From: Candidatus Micrarchaeota archaeon
GTDB taxonomy: Archaea; Micrarchaeota; Micrarchaeia; Norongarragalinales; SBBD01
Assembly (NCBI GenBank): GCA_041305345.1
Contig: JBFYLP010000005.1
Span: 109,817-173,816 of the forward strand
Length of the DNA stretch: 64,000 bases
Reading direction: 5' to 3'
Below, piece by piece: positions 8,525 to 17,119 of the stretch (within the stretch, counting starts at the first letter, position 1; each line of letters begins with the position of its first letter). The position numbers and the translations under genes were made by a program. The notes under the pieces were generated by a model, which saw only the letters and a list, made by a program, of their open reading frames with translations, was not told where the DNA came from and searched no databases.

Positions 8525-11500
8525 CTACCTATATGGAACAATTTCAAAGCTCCACGCTCCGGATTTACCCCAATCAGCAGGTTTGCCATATTTACTCCAG
8601 TCGGCATTTTTTGCTGCATCAATATAGCCACTAACCTGATCCCTCGTGCTTTTTAAATTTACACGCCCCTCAGGTTTTAATTCATAAATTACCCTATTAT
8701 TTAGATCTATCGCATCTGGTCTAATGCGATATCCGGGAATAGCTTTATTGGTTATCATTCCTTTTTCTCCCATTATATTGTAGAATTTTTGATGTTCGGC
8801 CATACCTTTTACTATGGCTTCTCGAGTGTTTGGATTTGCTGCTCCTCTTAAAGTTGACTTGGAACCACTATTAATCTCGCCTTCGGTAACGCTCATTGCA
8901 TTGCCAGAACCGCTTAAGGCCTTCCCAACCCCATGCCCAACCCCTCCCAGGACAATATCAAATCCTATGCCACCCGGGTCAAGCAGATTCTGGGTTAAAT
9001 CCTGCCCGGTTAAAGCATTTTCTGCCACTTGGGCCGCTCTGCCGGAGGCTACGCTAGAGCCAACTGTTGCTAATAGAGATGCACATCCTGTTAATCCTGC
9101 AACGCCCCCTGCTACACCACCAACAACTGCCGCTCGGCCTACATCTGCTAAATTTACCTGTCCGGTTGCCATATATTGTGTGCCGGCAGAAATTGCAGCC
9201 CCCAAGGCGCCTCCAACCACGGCGCCAATCACGGCCGCAGGCAAAGTAATGAAATTCCCGCTTTCATCCGTGAATTTGTACGGATTGTTTTGAACGTACG
9301 AGTATCTGTTCAAGGATTGCGGTGCGTAGGGGAATTGGATCATTGGATCTGGTTGGTAGAATCTTCCAACGTTTGGGCTATAGTAACGGGCGCCATAATA
9401 CATCAAACCCGATTCAGAATCTTGCTCCTTCCCAGTGTAAAGGAAACGGGATTTCGCATCGTAAAGTGGTTCACCGAAGGGCTTGTAATTGGTGTCCTCC
9501 ACTACTGCTCCGCTTTCATTCGTAACCAATGTGGTTGATCCTAAATGGTCGGGATGGTAAAAGTATTTCTTGCCGTCGGGGTCTTTCCTCGCAATTAGTT
9601 GCGAATCGGTATAATAGTAAATCGTGTCGTAAGTGCCAGTCGCATTTATAACTCGGAGGAAATTCGGATTTATGTAGAAGACGGTTTCGTTCTTGATTCT
9701 GTCGGATTTCCTGATGCGGTTGCCGTCTGAATCGTAGAGGTATTCGGAAATGACGGTTCCAGTCGAATTTCCATCTCGGATTTTCGAGAGCTGATTAAAC
9801 GAATTATACTCGTAATAGGATTGCGAATCCTGAACCATATTTCCATTGGCATCGTAGAGGAATGATTGGGTGAGGTTGGAGGCGTTTCGGGAGGTGTTTT
9901 GCCCGATTGCGAGGGATTGCTGGCTAATAAAAGTGAGGTTTCCTGCTCTTGCGATGATCTTGTATTCCGACGAGTTCGAGTAATTGTAAGCGAGGTAAAC
10001 GAGGATGCTCTCTTGGGAAGAAAGGTTGATTGGGATTGTGGAGTTGATTTGGGAAACTCCCGTGAAGAAAGTGAAGTTGATGTTGCTGATGTTCTGGTTG
10101 CCATTGTTCTTGATGTGGAAGCCGAAAACCTTCAAAGTTGCGTTTGTGGAGAGGAGGCGGAGGTTCTCAACGGAAATGATGGGGCCGGTTTGACTGATGG
10201 AATTGGGGGCGTGGACTGGGGAGTTTTGGTAGGTGTAATTGCTTATTGTGTTTCCATTGTTTTCGGTGATTGTTAGGATATTTCCGATTGAGGAGTAGGA
10301 GTAGTTGAGAAGGTAGTCTTCCTTCTGGGGGGAATTATCGGTCCTGCGAGCGTAAATTAAACGGTTCAATTTGTCGTAGTCCATCGTTTGAAGTATCGAG
10401 TTGTAGGTGTCTTGAATCTGCATAATGTTGGAAACGTTGTCGTATTGGTAATTGAGGTCTTGGAGGTTGGAAGTGTAAATTCTGGTGAGCCTTGAAGTTG
10501 GGAAGTCGTAAGTGAAGGAGGTGTTGAGGTCGTTGCTGTAAGCTCGGAGAACGGGTTTGTTGAAGGCATTGTGCTGTGTGAGGTTGAGGATGCCTTGAAT
10601 TGTTGAGAGCTGGTTTTGCGAGGAGTAGTTGTAGGTGATGGTTTCGGAGTTGGGCAAGGTTTCGGTTCTGAGCCTATCGAGGGAATCGTAGGTGTAATTC
10701 GTGCTGGAAGTGTTGTGGCCTATAGTCTTGAGTTCGGAGGTTTTGCGGTAGCGGGAGTCGTAGGAGAAATTGAAAGAGAAATTAACTGCTGAAATGGATG
10801 AAAGGGTTCCGTTGAGCTGGCGGTCGTAGAGGAAGCTGATGGATTCGGTTGTGGAGTTTATACGGATGAGGCGGTTGAGATCGTCGTATTGGAGGGTTAT
10901 GGCTGTGCTGCGGTTGTCCTTCTGGGTGATGAGGTTGCCGGCTGCATCATAAGAGTAGTTCCAGATGCCTAAATCCGGGTCGATTAATGAGGTTTTCCTT
11001 CCGAGAGTGTCATAGGAGAATTTGAAGGTGTTTTGCTCGTTGTCGGTGATGTTGAGGAGCTGGGAGGCTGCGTCGTAGGAGTATTTGGTGACGTATGGAG
11101 TGACTGAGTTGAATTCGTGGATTTCGGTGATTTGACCGTAAGCGTCCTGAACCTGCTTGATTTGGTTGCCGTTCTCGTCCGTGGTTGTGGTGTTCCATCT
11201 GCTGTAATTGAACGATTTGGTGGTGTTGTCGGGGTTCCTGATGGAAAGGATGCGGCTTAGAGGGTCGTAGGTGATGTTGGAGAAGGGGATGGAGGCGTTG
11301 GGGGAGGAGTAGTTTTGGGAAGGAGTGGCAAAGTAGGGGTTGGATTTTCGCTGGACGCGGAATGAGGAGTCGTAGAAAGTGTCCTGGATGATGGATTGGT
11401 TGTTTTCGGCTTCCGAGCGGGTCTGGATTAGGTTGCCACGGCCGTCATAGAAGGAGATGGAATCATAAGTGTTATTTGTGGCATTTTCCTCGCGCTGAAC

Positions 11501-14500
11501 GACTTTTATTTTTTCAGGCGCGATGCCGTCGAATTCGTACTCATAGAGGGTTGAGGGGTAGATGGGGGAGTCGTAGGGCTTGATGATTTTGATGAGGCGG
11601 CTGAAATTGTCGTAGGAGTAGTTGGTGGTAAAGCCGTTGGAATCCGTTGTTGAGAGGAGGTTGCCGGTGCCTAAATCGTAGAGGGAGGTTGTGGTATGGT
11701 TGAGGGCGTTTATTGTTTTTTCGGGGAAGGTGAATGTTGAATCCGTTATGTTGTAAATGAATTTTGTGGTGCGGTTGAGGGGGTCGGTGGTGTTGATGAG
11801 GTTGCCGTAGGAATCGTAGGAGTAGTAAGTGAATGGGTTGGTGCCGCCTTCTAGCGTTTCTTCCTTTTTAGTAAGGAGGCCTTTGTGGGGCGCTGCACCA
11901 TATGAAAGGCCGTCGTAATAGTATTTGGTCCTGCGTAGAATCTGGCTGTCAAAACCTATCAGATGATGCGAGTATGGCTCATCCATTATCCACTCGCTCG
12001 TGTTGTAAGCGTACTGGTAGATTTCGTATTTCTCATCTCCGGAAACGCCGTTCTCGCCAAAATTCGAGATTGAGAGGGGGTTGCCGTAATCATCGTAGGA
12101 ATAGGTGGTGTTGGTGATTCTGGGGTTTGAGGAGGAGCCGTCAAAAGTGAAGGATGTTTCTCCTTGGAGATGGGTTGTGTAGTAGTTGTTTGAGAAATTG
12201 GTCGTGAAGTTGTATTCCTTTTTTAGGTAGGGGTTATTGGCTGCTTCATAGGTTTCGGTTCTGAATTCCATCCCCTTCCTGCCGGAATCCTGATGGAAAT
12301 AGTGGGTTGCCTTTGAACCGTCCGCATAAGTGATGTTTGCATTGGCAAAGCCCTTGAACTCACGATCTGGGTTGGACCACACGCCGCCGGAATAGGAATA
12401 ATTTGTGGTTGAGTTTATGTGTGCGGAGCCGTTCAGACTGTTGCTCAATGTGACCGAGGAGACGAGCCAGAGGTTGAAAGGGAGGTCTGAAAACGAGTCG
12501 TTGCCGGTGTTGTTGAGTTTTGTGGATTTGAGGTAGTCGACGCTGGTTTTACCGCCGAACTGGTTCACGGAATAATTGAGCAAATATGCTTTGCTTCCGT
12601 TGTTGATGTATGCTTTATTCGTGTTGCCGCCGCCGGCATTCGTGAAGGATTGCAGGATGTCTACTGATCCATCTCCATTCGCATCTGCAAGCCTGACTCC
12701 TAAATCACCCCTGCCGTCAATCGCGAACTCCATCGGGAAGGGAGCTAAACCATAGGAGGCTTCATAAACCCAGGCGGAGCCATTGTTGAGATATGCTTTA
12801 TTCGTGTTGCCGCCCCCATAATTCGTGAATGATTGGAGAACGTCTATAAGGCCATCGCCGTTGGCATCCTCAAGCCTCGTGCCTAGGTCGCCCCTTCCAT
12901 CGATGGCAAACTCTATTGGGAAGGGAGCTAAACCGTAGGATGCATCGTAGTTCCAAGCGGTGCCGTTGTTGAGAAAAACCTTATTCGTGTTGCCGCCGCC
13001 GGCATTCGTGAAGGATTGCAGGACATCGACGAGTCCGTCGCCGTTGGCATCTGCTAACCTGACGCCTAGGTCGCCCCTCCCATCAATTGCGAATTCGACC
13101 GGAAACGGGGCTAATCCCCAAGAGGATTGGTTGTTCCAGGCGGTGCCGTTGTTTATGTAAACGGTATTGGCGTTGCCGCCGCCGGCATTCGTGAAGGATT
13201 GCAGGACATCGACGAGTCCGTCGCCGTTGGCATCTGCTAACCTGACGCCTAGTTCGCCCCTCCCATCAATTGCGAATTCAACTGGGAAGGGGGAAGGACC
13301 ATACGAGGTTTGGTTGTTCCAGGCAGTGCCATTGTTTAGGTAAATCTGGTTTGTGTTGGCTCCCAGCGAATTGGTGTATGATTGCAGGAGGTCTATGGCC
13401 CCATCGCCGTTGGCATCCGCTAACCTTATCCCTAAATCGCCCCTCCCATCGATTGCGAATTCGACTGGGAATGGGGTTGGGCCATAGGAAGCATCGTAAA
13501 CCCAACCGGTTCCGTTGTTGAGGAAAACTTTGTTCGTGTTGCCGCCCAGGGCGTTTGTATAGGATTGGAGAACATCAATAAGGCCGTCACCGTTTGCATC
13601 CGCCAACCTTACTCCTAGATCGCTTCTGTTCTCAATTGCGAATTCTACTGGGAAAGGAGAAAGACCATAGTAGGTTTCGTAAGTCCAACCCGTTCCAGCA
13701 CCAATAAAGTAAAATTTGATTGGAGCCAGTGATTGGTTTTCATTATTCCCGAATTCGGTAATATTGGCAAGGAAGGAACGGGGGCTGAAGCTTACATTGG
13801 CGTAAGCAAGACCATATTTTCTGACGAGTCGGTCGTTTGCATTTATTTGTATCTCCTTCAGCCGCCTGGAAAGCCGCACGATGTTGGAGGCATCGAATAC
13901 CTTCCAGATGTCCGGGCGGTCGGAGGTTTCATAGATGAACTGCACATCGCGCTTTCTGTCGTTGTTGAATTGGATGGAAATGGGGTAGGTCGAGCCCAAA
14001 TCGTTCGGGAAGGGATTTTCGGAATAATTGTGGAAAATGGAGTTGTTGTGGGCATCCGTGATGGAATCAAGGTACCAGCGGGTGGCGAACAAACCGGTGT
14101 GTGAGACCATTTCGGAGCTGTTCTGCGAGCCGAAAACATAGGTTTTGCCGTCCTTGGAGCGCACGCGCCAGTAAGAGCCCATCTCATTGCTTGAGGCAGT
14201 AAGATTTTCAATTGAGAGGAAGGTTTCGATCTTTGTGTGGAAGCGGTTGTCCGCATTAGAAAAAACGAGCTCGAACTCGGAACCGCCAAGCACCAGCTTG
14301 AAGGAATCGTCCGAGAAATTGTATAAAGTGTGATTGAAAGCCCTCTCGATGTAACTTAGCGAGATTTCCCATCCGGCGCCCAATACCGTAGGCAATGAGT
14401 TGGTTTTCTGGTGGTTGTAGAAGAGGGTAACTGAAGGCTGCAAACCGTTTGTGCCCGGGGGAAGCTTGATTTGGTGATTATAAGTGAACGCGCCCGTGAA

Positions 14501-14647
14501 TAAGGAAGTCTTGAACGAATCATCCTGCTTGAAATCCGGTGGCGCAACGAATTCCGGCCGGGGCTGGCCTGGCGGATCGATTGCGGCAACCGGGAATGGA
14601 ATAAGGGAAAATGCAAGCAGGAAAAGCAGCAAGCAAGATTTGCCCAT
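8525..14647 (-). CDS. Large Rhs/YD-repeat polymorphic toxin: signal peptide, SpvB/TcB-like N-terminus, FG-GAP-like repeats, YD repeats, Rhs core, Tox-REase-9-like C-terminal nuclease
   Basis: MGKSCLLLFLLAFSLIPFPVAA signal; TGAFTY...LPPGTNGLQPSVTLFYN...LGAGW (SpvB-like); DANGDG repeats; YSYD..GN repeats; HPDHLGS...YTGKEQDSESGLMYYGARYY...NPYKFTDESG; tip IRPDAID...IYELKP...Q..GY. Confidence 0.92.
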   Translation of the reverse strand: MGKSCLLLFLLAFSLIPFPVAAIDPPGQPRPEFVAPPDFKQDDSFKTSLFTGAFTYNHQIKLPPGTNGLQPSVTLFYNHQKTNSLPTVLGAGWEISLSYIERAFNHTLYNFSDDSFKLVLGGSEFELVFSNADNRFHTKIETFLSIENLTASSNEMGSYWRVRSKDGKTYVFGSQNSSEMVSHTGLFATRWYLDSITDAHNNSIFHNYSENPFPNDLGSTYPISIQFNNDRKRDVQFIYETSDRPDIWKVFDASNIVRLSRRLKEIQINANDRLVRKYGLAYANVSFSPRSFLANITEFGNNENQSLAPIKFYFIGAGTGWTYETYYGLSPFPVEFAIENRSDLGVRLADANGDGLIDVLQSYTNALGGNTNKVFLNNGTGWVYDASYGPTPFPVEFAIDGRGDLGIRLADANGDGAIDLLQSYTNSLGANTNQIYLNNGTAWNNQTSYGPSPFPVEFAIDGRGELGVRLADANGDGLVDVLQSFTNAGGGNANTVYINNGTAWNNQSSWGLAPFPVEFAIDGRGDLGVRLADANGDGLVDVLQSFTNAGGGNTNKVFLNNGTAWNYDASYGLAPFPIEFAIDGRGDLGTRLEDANGDGLIDVLQSFTNYGGGNTNKAYLNNGSAWVYEASYGLAPFPMEFAIDGRGDLGVRLADANGDGSVDILQSFTNAGGGNTNKAYINNGSKAYLLNYSVNQFGGKTSVDYLKSTKLNNTGNDSFSDLPFNLWLVSSVTLSNSLNGSAHINSTTNYSYSGGVWSNPDREFKGFANANITYADGSKATHYFHQDSGRKGMEFRTETYEAANNPYLKKEYNFTTNFSNNYYTTHLQGETSFTFDGSSSNPRITNTTYSYDDYGNPLSISNFGENGVSGDEKYEIYQYAYNTSEWIMDEPYSHHLIGFDSQILRRTKYYYDGLSYGAAPHKGLLTKKEETLEGGTNPFTYYSYDSYGNLINTTDPLNRTTKFIYNITDSTFTFPEKTINALNHTTTSLYDLGTGNLLSTTDSNGFTTNYSYDNFSRLIKIIKPYDSPIYPSTLYEYEFDGIAPEKIKVVQREENATNNTYDSISFYDGRGNLIQTRSEAENNQSIIQDTFYDSSFRVQRKSNPYFATPSQNYSSPNASIPFSNITYDPLSRILSIRNPDNTTKSFNYSRWNTTTTDENGNQIKQVQDAYGQITEIHEFNSVTPYVTKYSYDAASQLLNITDNEQNTFKFSYDTLGRKTSLIDPDLGIWNYSYDAAGNLITQKDNRSTAITLQYDDLNRLIRINSTTESISFLYDRQLNGTLSSISAVNFSFNFSYDSRYRKTSELKTIGHNTSSTNYTYDSLDRLRTETLPNSETITYNYSSQNQLSTIQGILNLTQHNAFNKPVLRAYSNDLNTSFTYDFPTSRLTRIYTSNLQDLNYQYDNVSNIMQIQDTYNSILQTMDYDKLNRLIYARRTDNSPQKEDYLLNYSYSSIGNILTITENNGNTISNYTYQNSPVHAPNSISQTGPIISVENLRLLSTNATLKVFGFHIKNNGNQNISNINFTFFTGVSQINSTIPINLSSQESILVYLAYNYSNSSEYKIIARAGNLTFISQQSLAIGQNTSRNASNLTQSFLYDANGNMVQDSQSYYEYNSFNQLSKIRDGNSTGTVISEYLYDSDGNRIRKSDRIKNETVFYINPNFLRVINATGTYDTIYYYTDSQLIARKDPDGKKYFYHPDHLGSTTLVTNESGAVVEDTNYKPFGEPLYDAKSRFLYTGKEQDSESGLMYYGARYYSPNVGRFYQPDPMIQFPYAPQSLNRYSYVQNNPYKFTDESGNFITLPAAVIGAVVGGALGAAISAGTQYMATGQVNLADVGRAAVVGGVAGGVAGLTGCASLLATVGSSVASGRAAQVAENALTGQDLTQNLLDPGGIGFDIVLGGVGHGVGKALSGSGNAMSVTEGEINSGSKSTLRGAANPNTREAIVKGMAEHQKFYNIMGEKGMITNKAIPGYRIRPDAIDLNNRVIYELKPEGRVNLKSTRDQVSGYIDAAKNADWSKYGKPADWGKSGAWSFEIVPYR
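12575..13669 (-). repeat. Six tandem 183-bp (61-aa) FG-GAP/VCBS-like coding repeats
   Basis: Unit YGLAPFPVEFAIDGRGDLGVRLADANGDGLVDVLQSFTNAGGGNTNKVFLNNGTAWNYDAS repeated six times with high identity. Confidence 0.92.
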
Positions 14648-14718
14648 CAACCCAAGCGCCCCGAAAGGTAAGATTTCAAGTAATATTTAAAGCAGTTGGA
14701 ACGGACCCTCTTTGCCGA

Positions 14719-14844
14719 TCAGAACCTATAATCCCAAGGCGTCTTCGCCGGCTTCTTCCTTCCCTGGAAGCCAAGAATCCAAACGAGTATCACTACGCCA
14801 ACGGCAATCAGGACGGCTGTTTGGGAATCGATGAAATCGGCCAT
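14719..14844 (-). CDS. 41-aa single-TM microprotein
   Basis: MADFIDSQTAVLIAVGVVILVWILGFQGRKKPAKTPWDYRF; TM followed by basic residues; TTTAAATA box and GGGA SD upstream; below the ORF-track cutoff. Confidence 0.5.
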   Translation of the reverse strand: MADFIDSQTAVLIAVGVVILVWILGFQGRKKPAKTPWDYRF

Positions 14845-14895
14845 ATCCCTACTATTCTCACTAACTATTTAAACCCGAAGCGTGTGGATTTAATC

Positions 14896-16020
14896 ATGAA
14901 CCAGGAACGGGACAGGAGGCCGGAGGAACCCAAGCTTCTTGCCGCATATTCCGGGGGGATCCCGCAGTGGGTACTGATCAGCATCATCGTGATAATCCTG
15001 GTTATCGGCGCACTATTATATTTCCAATCGAGGAAGATTGACATCGTTCCCACGGCAACACCTACTGTGCGGCCGGCAATAAGCCCGACACCCTCCGCAA
15101 CTGTGGCAACTCCAACAAAGGCTCCAACTCCAACCGATGAGCCGATACCCACAATCAAGCAAGTTGTGAAAACCGCCTGCGGCGCCGTTTCCCAAAGCAT
15201 CACGCTCCAAAACGATCTCAAGGCCCAGGCGACGTGCTTTACCGTGATAAGCGAAGGCGTGACCATCGATTGCAACGGCTTTGTGATTGATGGGGGCGGG
15301 GTTGAGAACTCGAGTGCGATATATTCCGAATTTGCAAACACAGCAATCAAGAACTGCAACATCGGCGGCTTCGAGGTCGGCGTATGGCTCAAGAAGGCCG
15401 ATGGGAGCAGCGTGCTTTATTCGACGATCGCAAACAACATCGGCGGGATCGTGATCGAAAAATCTAAGGGTGTACGCGCAAAGGGAAACAGGGTTTATAA
15501 CAGCACCGAGGTCGCCATAATGCTCTCGGCAGTTGAGGATAGCACGATAGAGGATAATTTTGCGGACGGCGGCAAGAAATACGGAATCCAGATGGTCGCC
15601 TCGAACGGCAATGCCGTCAGGAGAAATGTCGTTTATGGAATGAACATTGGCCTCCAGCTATCGCAGTCAAGACGGAACGAGGTTGAGGCGAACAACATCA
15701 GCTTCAATTTCGCCGGGATGAAGATGACGAGCGGATCAACGGACAACACGCTGACCCGAAACAACATCGTGGACAACAAGGCCATCGGATTGCACATATT
15801 GGATTCCAATGGCAACCGCCTCATTGGAAACACAATGACGGGAAACGAATACGGCATCCACCTTCTTGACTCTCGGAACACCCTGCAGGACAATTACGTC
15901 TGCGGCAATGTGATCGAGGACATCGAATGCGAGATTGCGCAGGAAAATGCCACCGGAAACACCTGCTTCCTTAGGGCGATGACCTGCGGATTCGATTGCG
16001 CAAGGCGCTGCCCTACTTGA
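14896..16020 (+). CDS. Membrane-anchored NosD/CASH parallel beta-helix protein with Pro/Thr linker
   Basis: TM WVLISIIVIILVIGALLYF, PT-rich linker, CFTVISEGVTIDCNG, repeated N.I..N..GI.L..S. Confidence 0.85.
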   Translation: MNQERDRRPEEPKLLAAYSGGIPQWVLISIIVIILVIGALLYFQSRKIDIVPTATPTVRPAISPTPSATVATPTKAPTPTDEPIPTIKQVVKTACGAVSQSITLQNDLKAQATCFTVISEGVTIDCNGFVIDGGGVENSSAIYSEFANTAIKNCNIGGFEVGVWLKKADGSSVLYSTIANNIGGIVIEKSKGVRAKGNRVYNSTEVAIMLSAVEDSTIEDNFADGGKKYGIQMVASNGNAVRRNVVYGMNIGLQLSQSRRNEVEANNISFNFAGMKMTSGSTDNTLTRNNIVDNKAIGLHILDSNGNRLIGNTMTGNEYGIHLLDSRNTLQDNYVCGNVIEDIECEIAQENATGNTCFLRAMTCGFDCARRCPT

Positions 16021-16041
16021 AAATACGCGGTATGAACGAGT

Positions 16042-16197
16042 ATGCCTGACGGCGAATGGTCGGATGACGAACCCCGGATGGACCTTGGCACGGGAAGGAT
16101 CGTATGCGACATCTGCGGCTCGGCGATGCGCTTTGCCGGCGGATGCTATTTCTGCACCAAGTGCGGACAGAAAAAGTGCACCTCGGATTTGACGTGA
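16042..16197 (+). CDS. 51-aa zinc-ribbon microprotein
   Basis: MPDGEWSDDEPRMDLGTGRIVCDICGSAMRFAGGCYFCTKCGQKKCTSDLT; CxxC...GGC..CxxCG...C. Confidence 0.6.
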   Translation: MPDGEWSDDEPRMDLGTGRIVCDICGSAMRFAGGCYFCTKCGQKKCTSDLT

Positions 16198-16287
16198 ACA
16201 CCCGGCCAAGGCGTTTATTATTATTCTTCTTATGGTAAGCCCGCAAAAGATACATTTATATATAGATTTAGCATAAAATTGTAAAAT

Positions 16288-17118
16288 ATGAGAAAACTAT
16301 ATACAAGGAAATTACACATACCCAAGGAAGTTCGGGAGTTCATTGCCGGCAGCGATGTCACTACGGCTATGCAGCTAAGCAAGCGTTTTGGGTTTTCAGA
16401 AATTACCGCAATGAATTACCTGAGCCGGGCGAAGAAATTGGGGCTGGGAACAAGGGTGGCCCCAAAGATGCTAATGAAGGCAAGGCACGACTATCCCGAA
16501 TTTTCAAAAGAAAAAAAACGCGTTTATGATGCGATAAGGAAAGACATGCCATTTGTGCCCATTACCATCTGGTCTACCTTTGACCTTAACCGGTATGCGC
16601 ATAACATTATAATGAAGGGAGTGATTTTTGTTGAAACTGAAGGATTTGCAGTTGAAACCGTAAAAGATAAACTTCTATCGAATGGCGTCAAGGCAATAAG
16701 TTTCAACAGCAAGGCTGACCTCCGCAATATTTTTGATCTTATGGAAACACCCGTATTGGTGATGGGAAGAAAGGACAAGGCGGGCACGAATGCAGACAAG
16801 AAAGATAAGAATTTGCATCTGCCTTCATTTGAAAGGATATTTGTAGATGTTTATTTCCTGAATACCCGAAAATACCTCTCGCTGCCGCTTTCCGAGCTTG
16901 GGAATGTACTTGAGAATATATCCGCATTCGGGTACTCACTCAACTATTCCCTGCTGAATTGGGTTGCAATGCGAAGAAATGTCCTTGCGGAAATCGAAAC
17001 CGCGTTATACTTGTTCAAGAAGAAAAGCAGCCGCTTTGCGTCAATTCCTGAAAAATTTGCAAGGAAAAGGAAGTTAAGCAAGAAGCAGTTAAATTCCGTA
17101 ATGCAAATGGTTGGTTAA
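16288..17118 (+). CDS. AbiEi-like type IV antitoxin / transcriptional regulator (N-terminal HTH)
   Basis: N-terminal wHTH-like segment, PSFERIFVDVY motif; directly upstream of an AbiEii-like gene. Confidence 0.65.
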   Translation: MRKLYTRKLHIPKEVREFIAGSDVTTAMQLSKRFGFSEITAMNYLSRAKKLGLGTRVAPKMLMKARHDYPEFSKEKKRVYDAIRKDMPFVPITIWSTFDLNRYAHNIIMKGVIFVETEGFAVETVKDKLLSNGVKAISFNSKADLRNIFDLMETPVLVMGRKDKAGTNADKKDKNLHLPSFERIFVDVYFLNTRKYLSLPLSELGNVLENISAFGYSLNYSLLNWVAMRRNVLAEIETALYLFKKKSSRFASIPEKFARKRKLSKKQLNSVMQMVG

Positions 17119-17119
17119 G

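Noticed and set aside
3735-10130. Rhs copies as DGR template/variable repeats
   Set aside because: Differences are not adenine-specific and there is no reverse transcriptase in the window
12575-13669. Tandem repeats as a CRISPR array
   Set aside because: They are 183-bp in-frame coding repeats with no unique spacers; no CRISPR array was seen anywhere in the window
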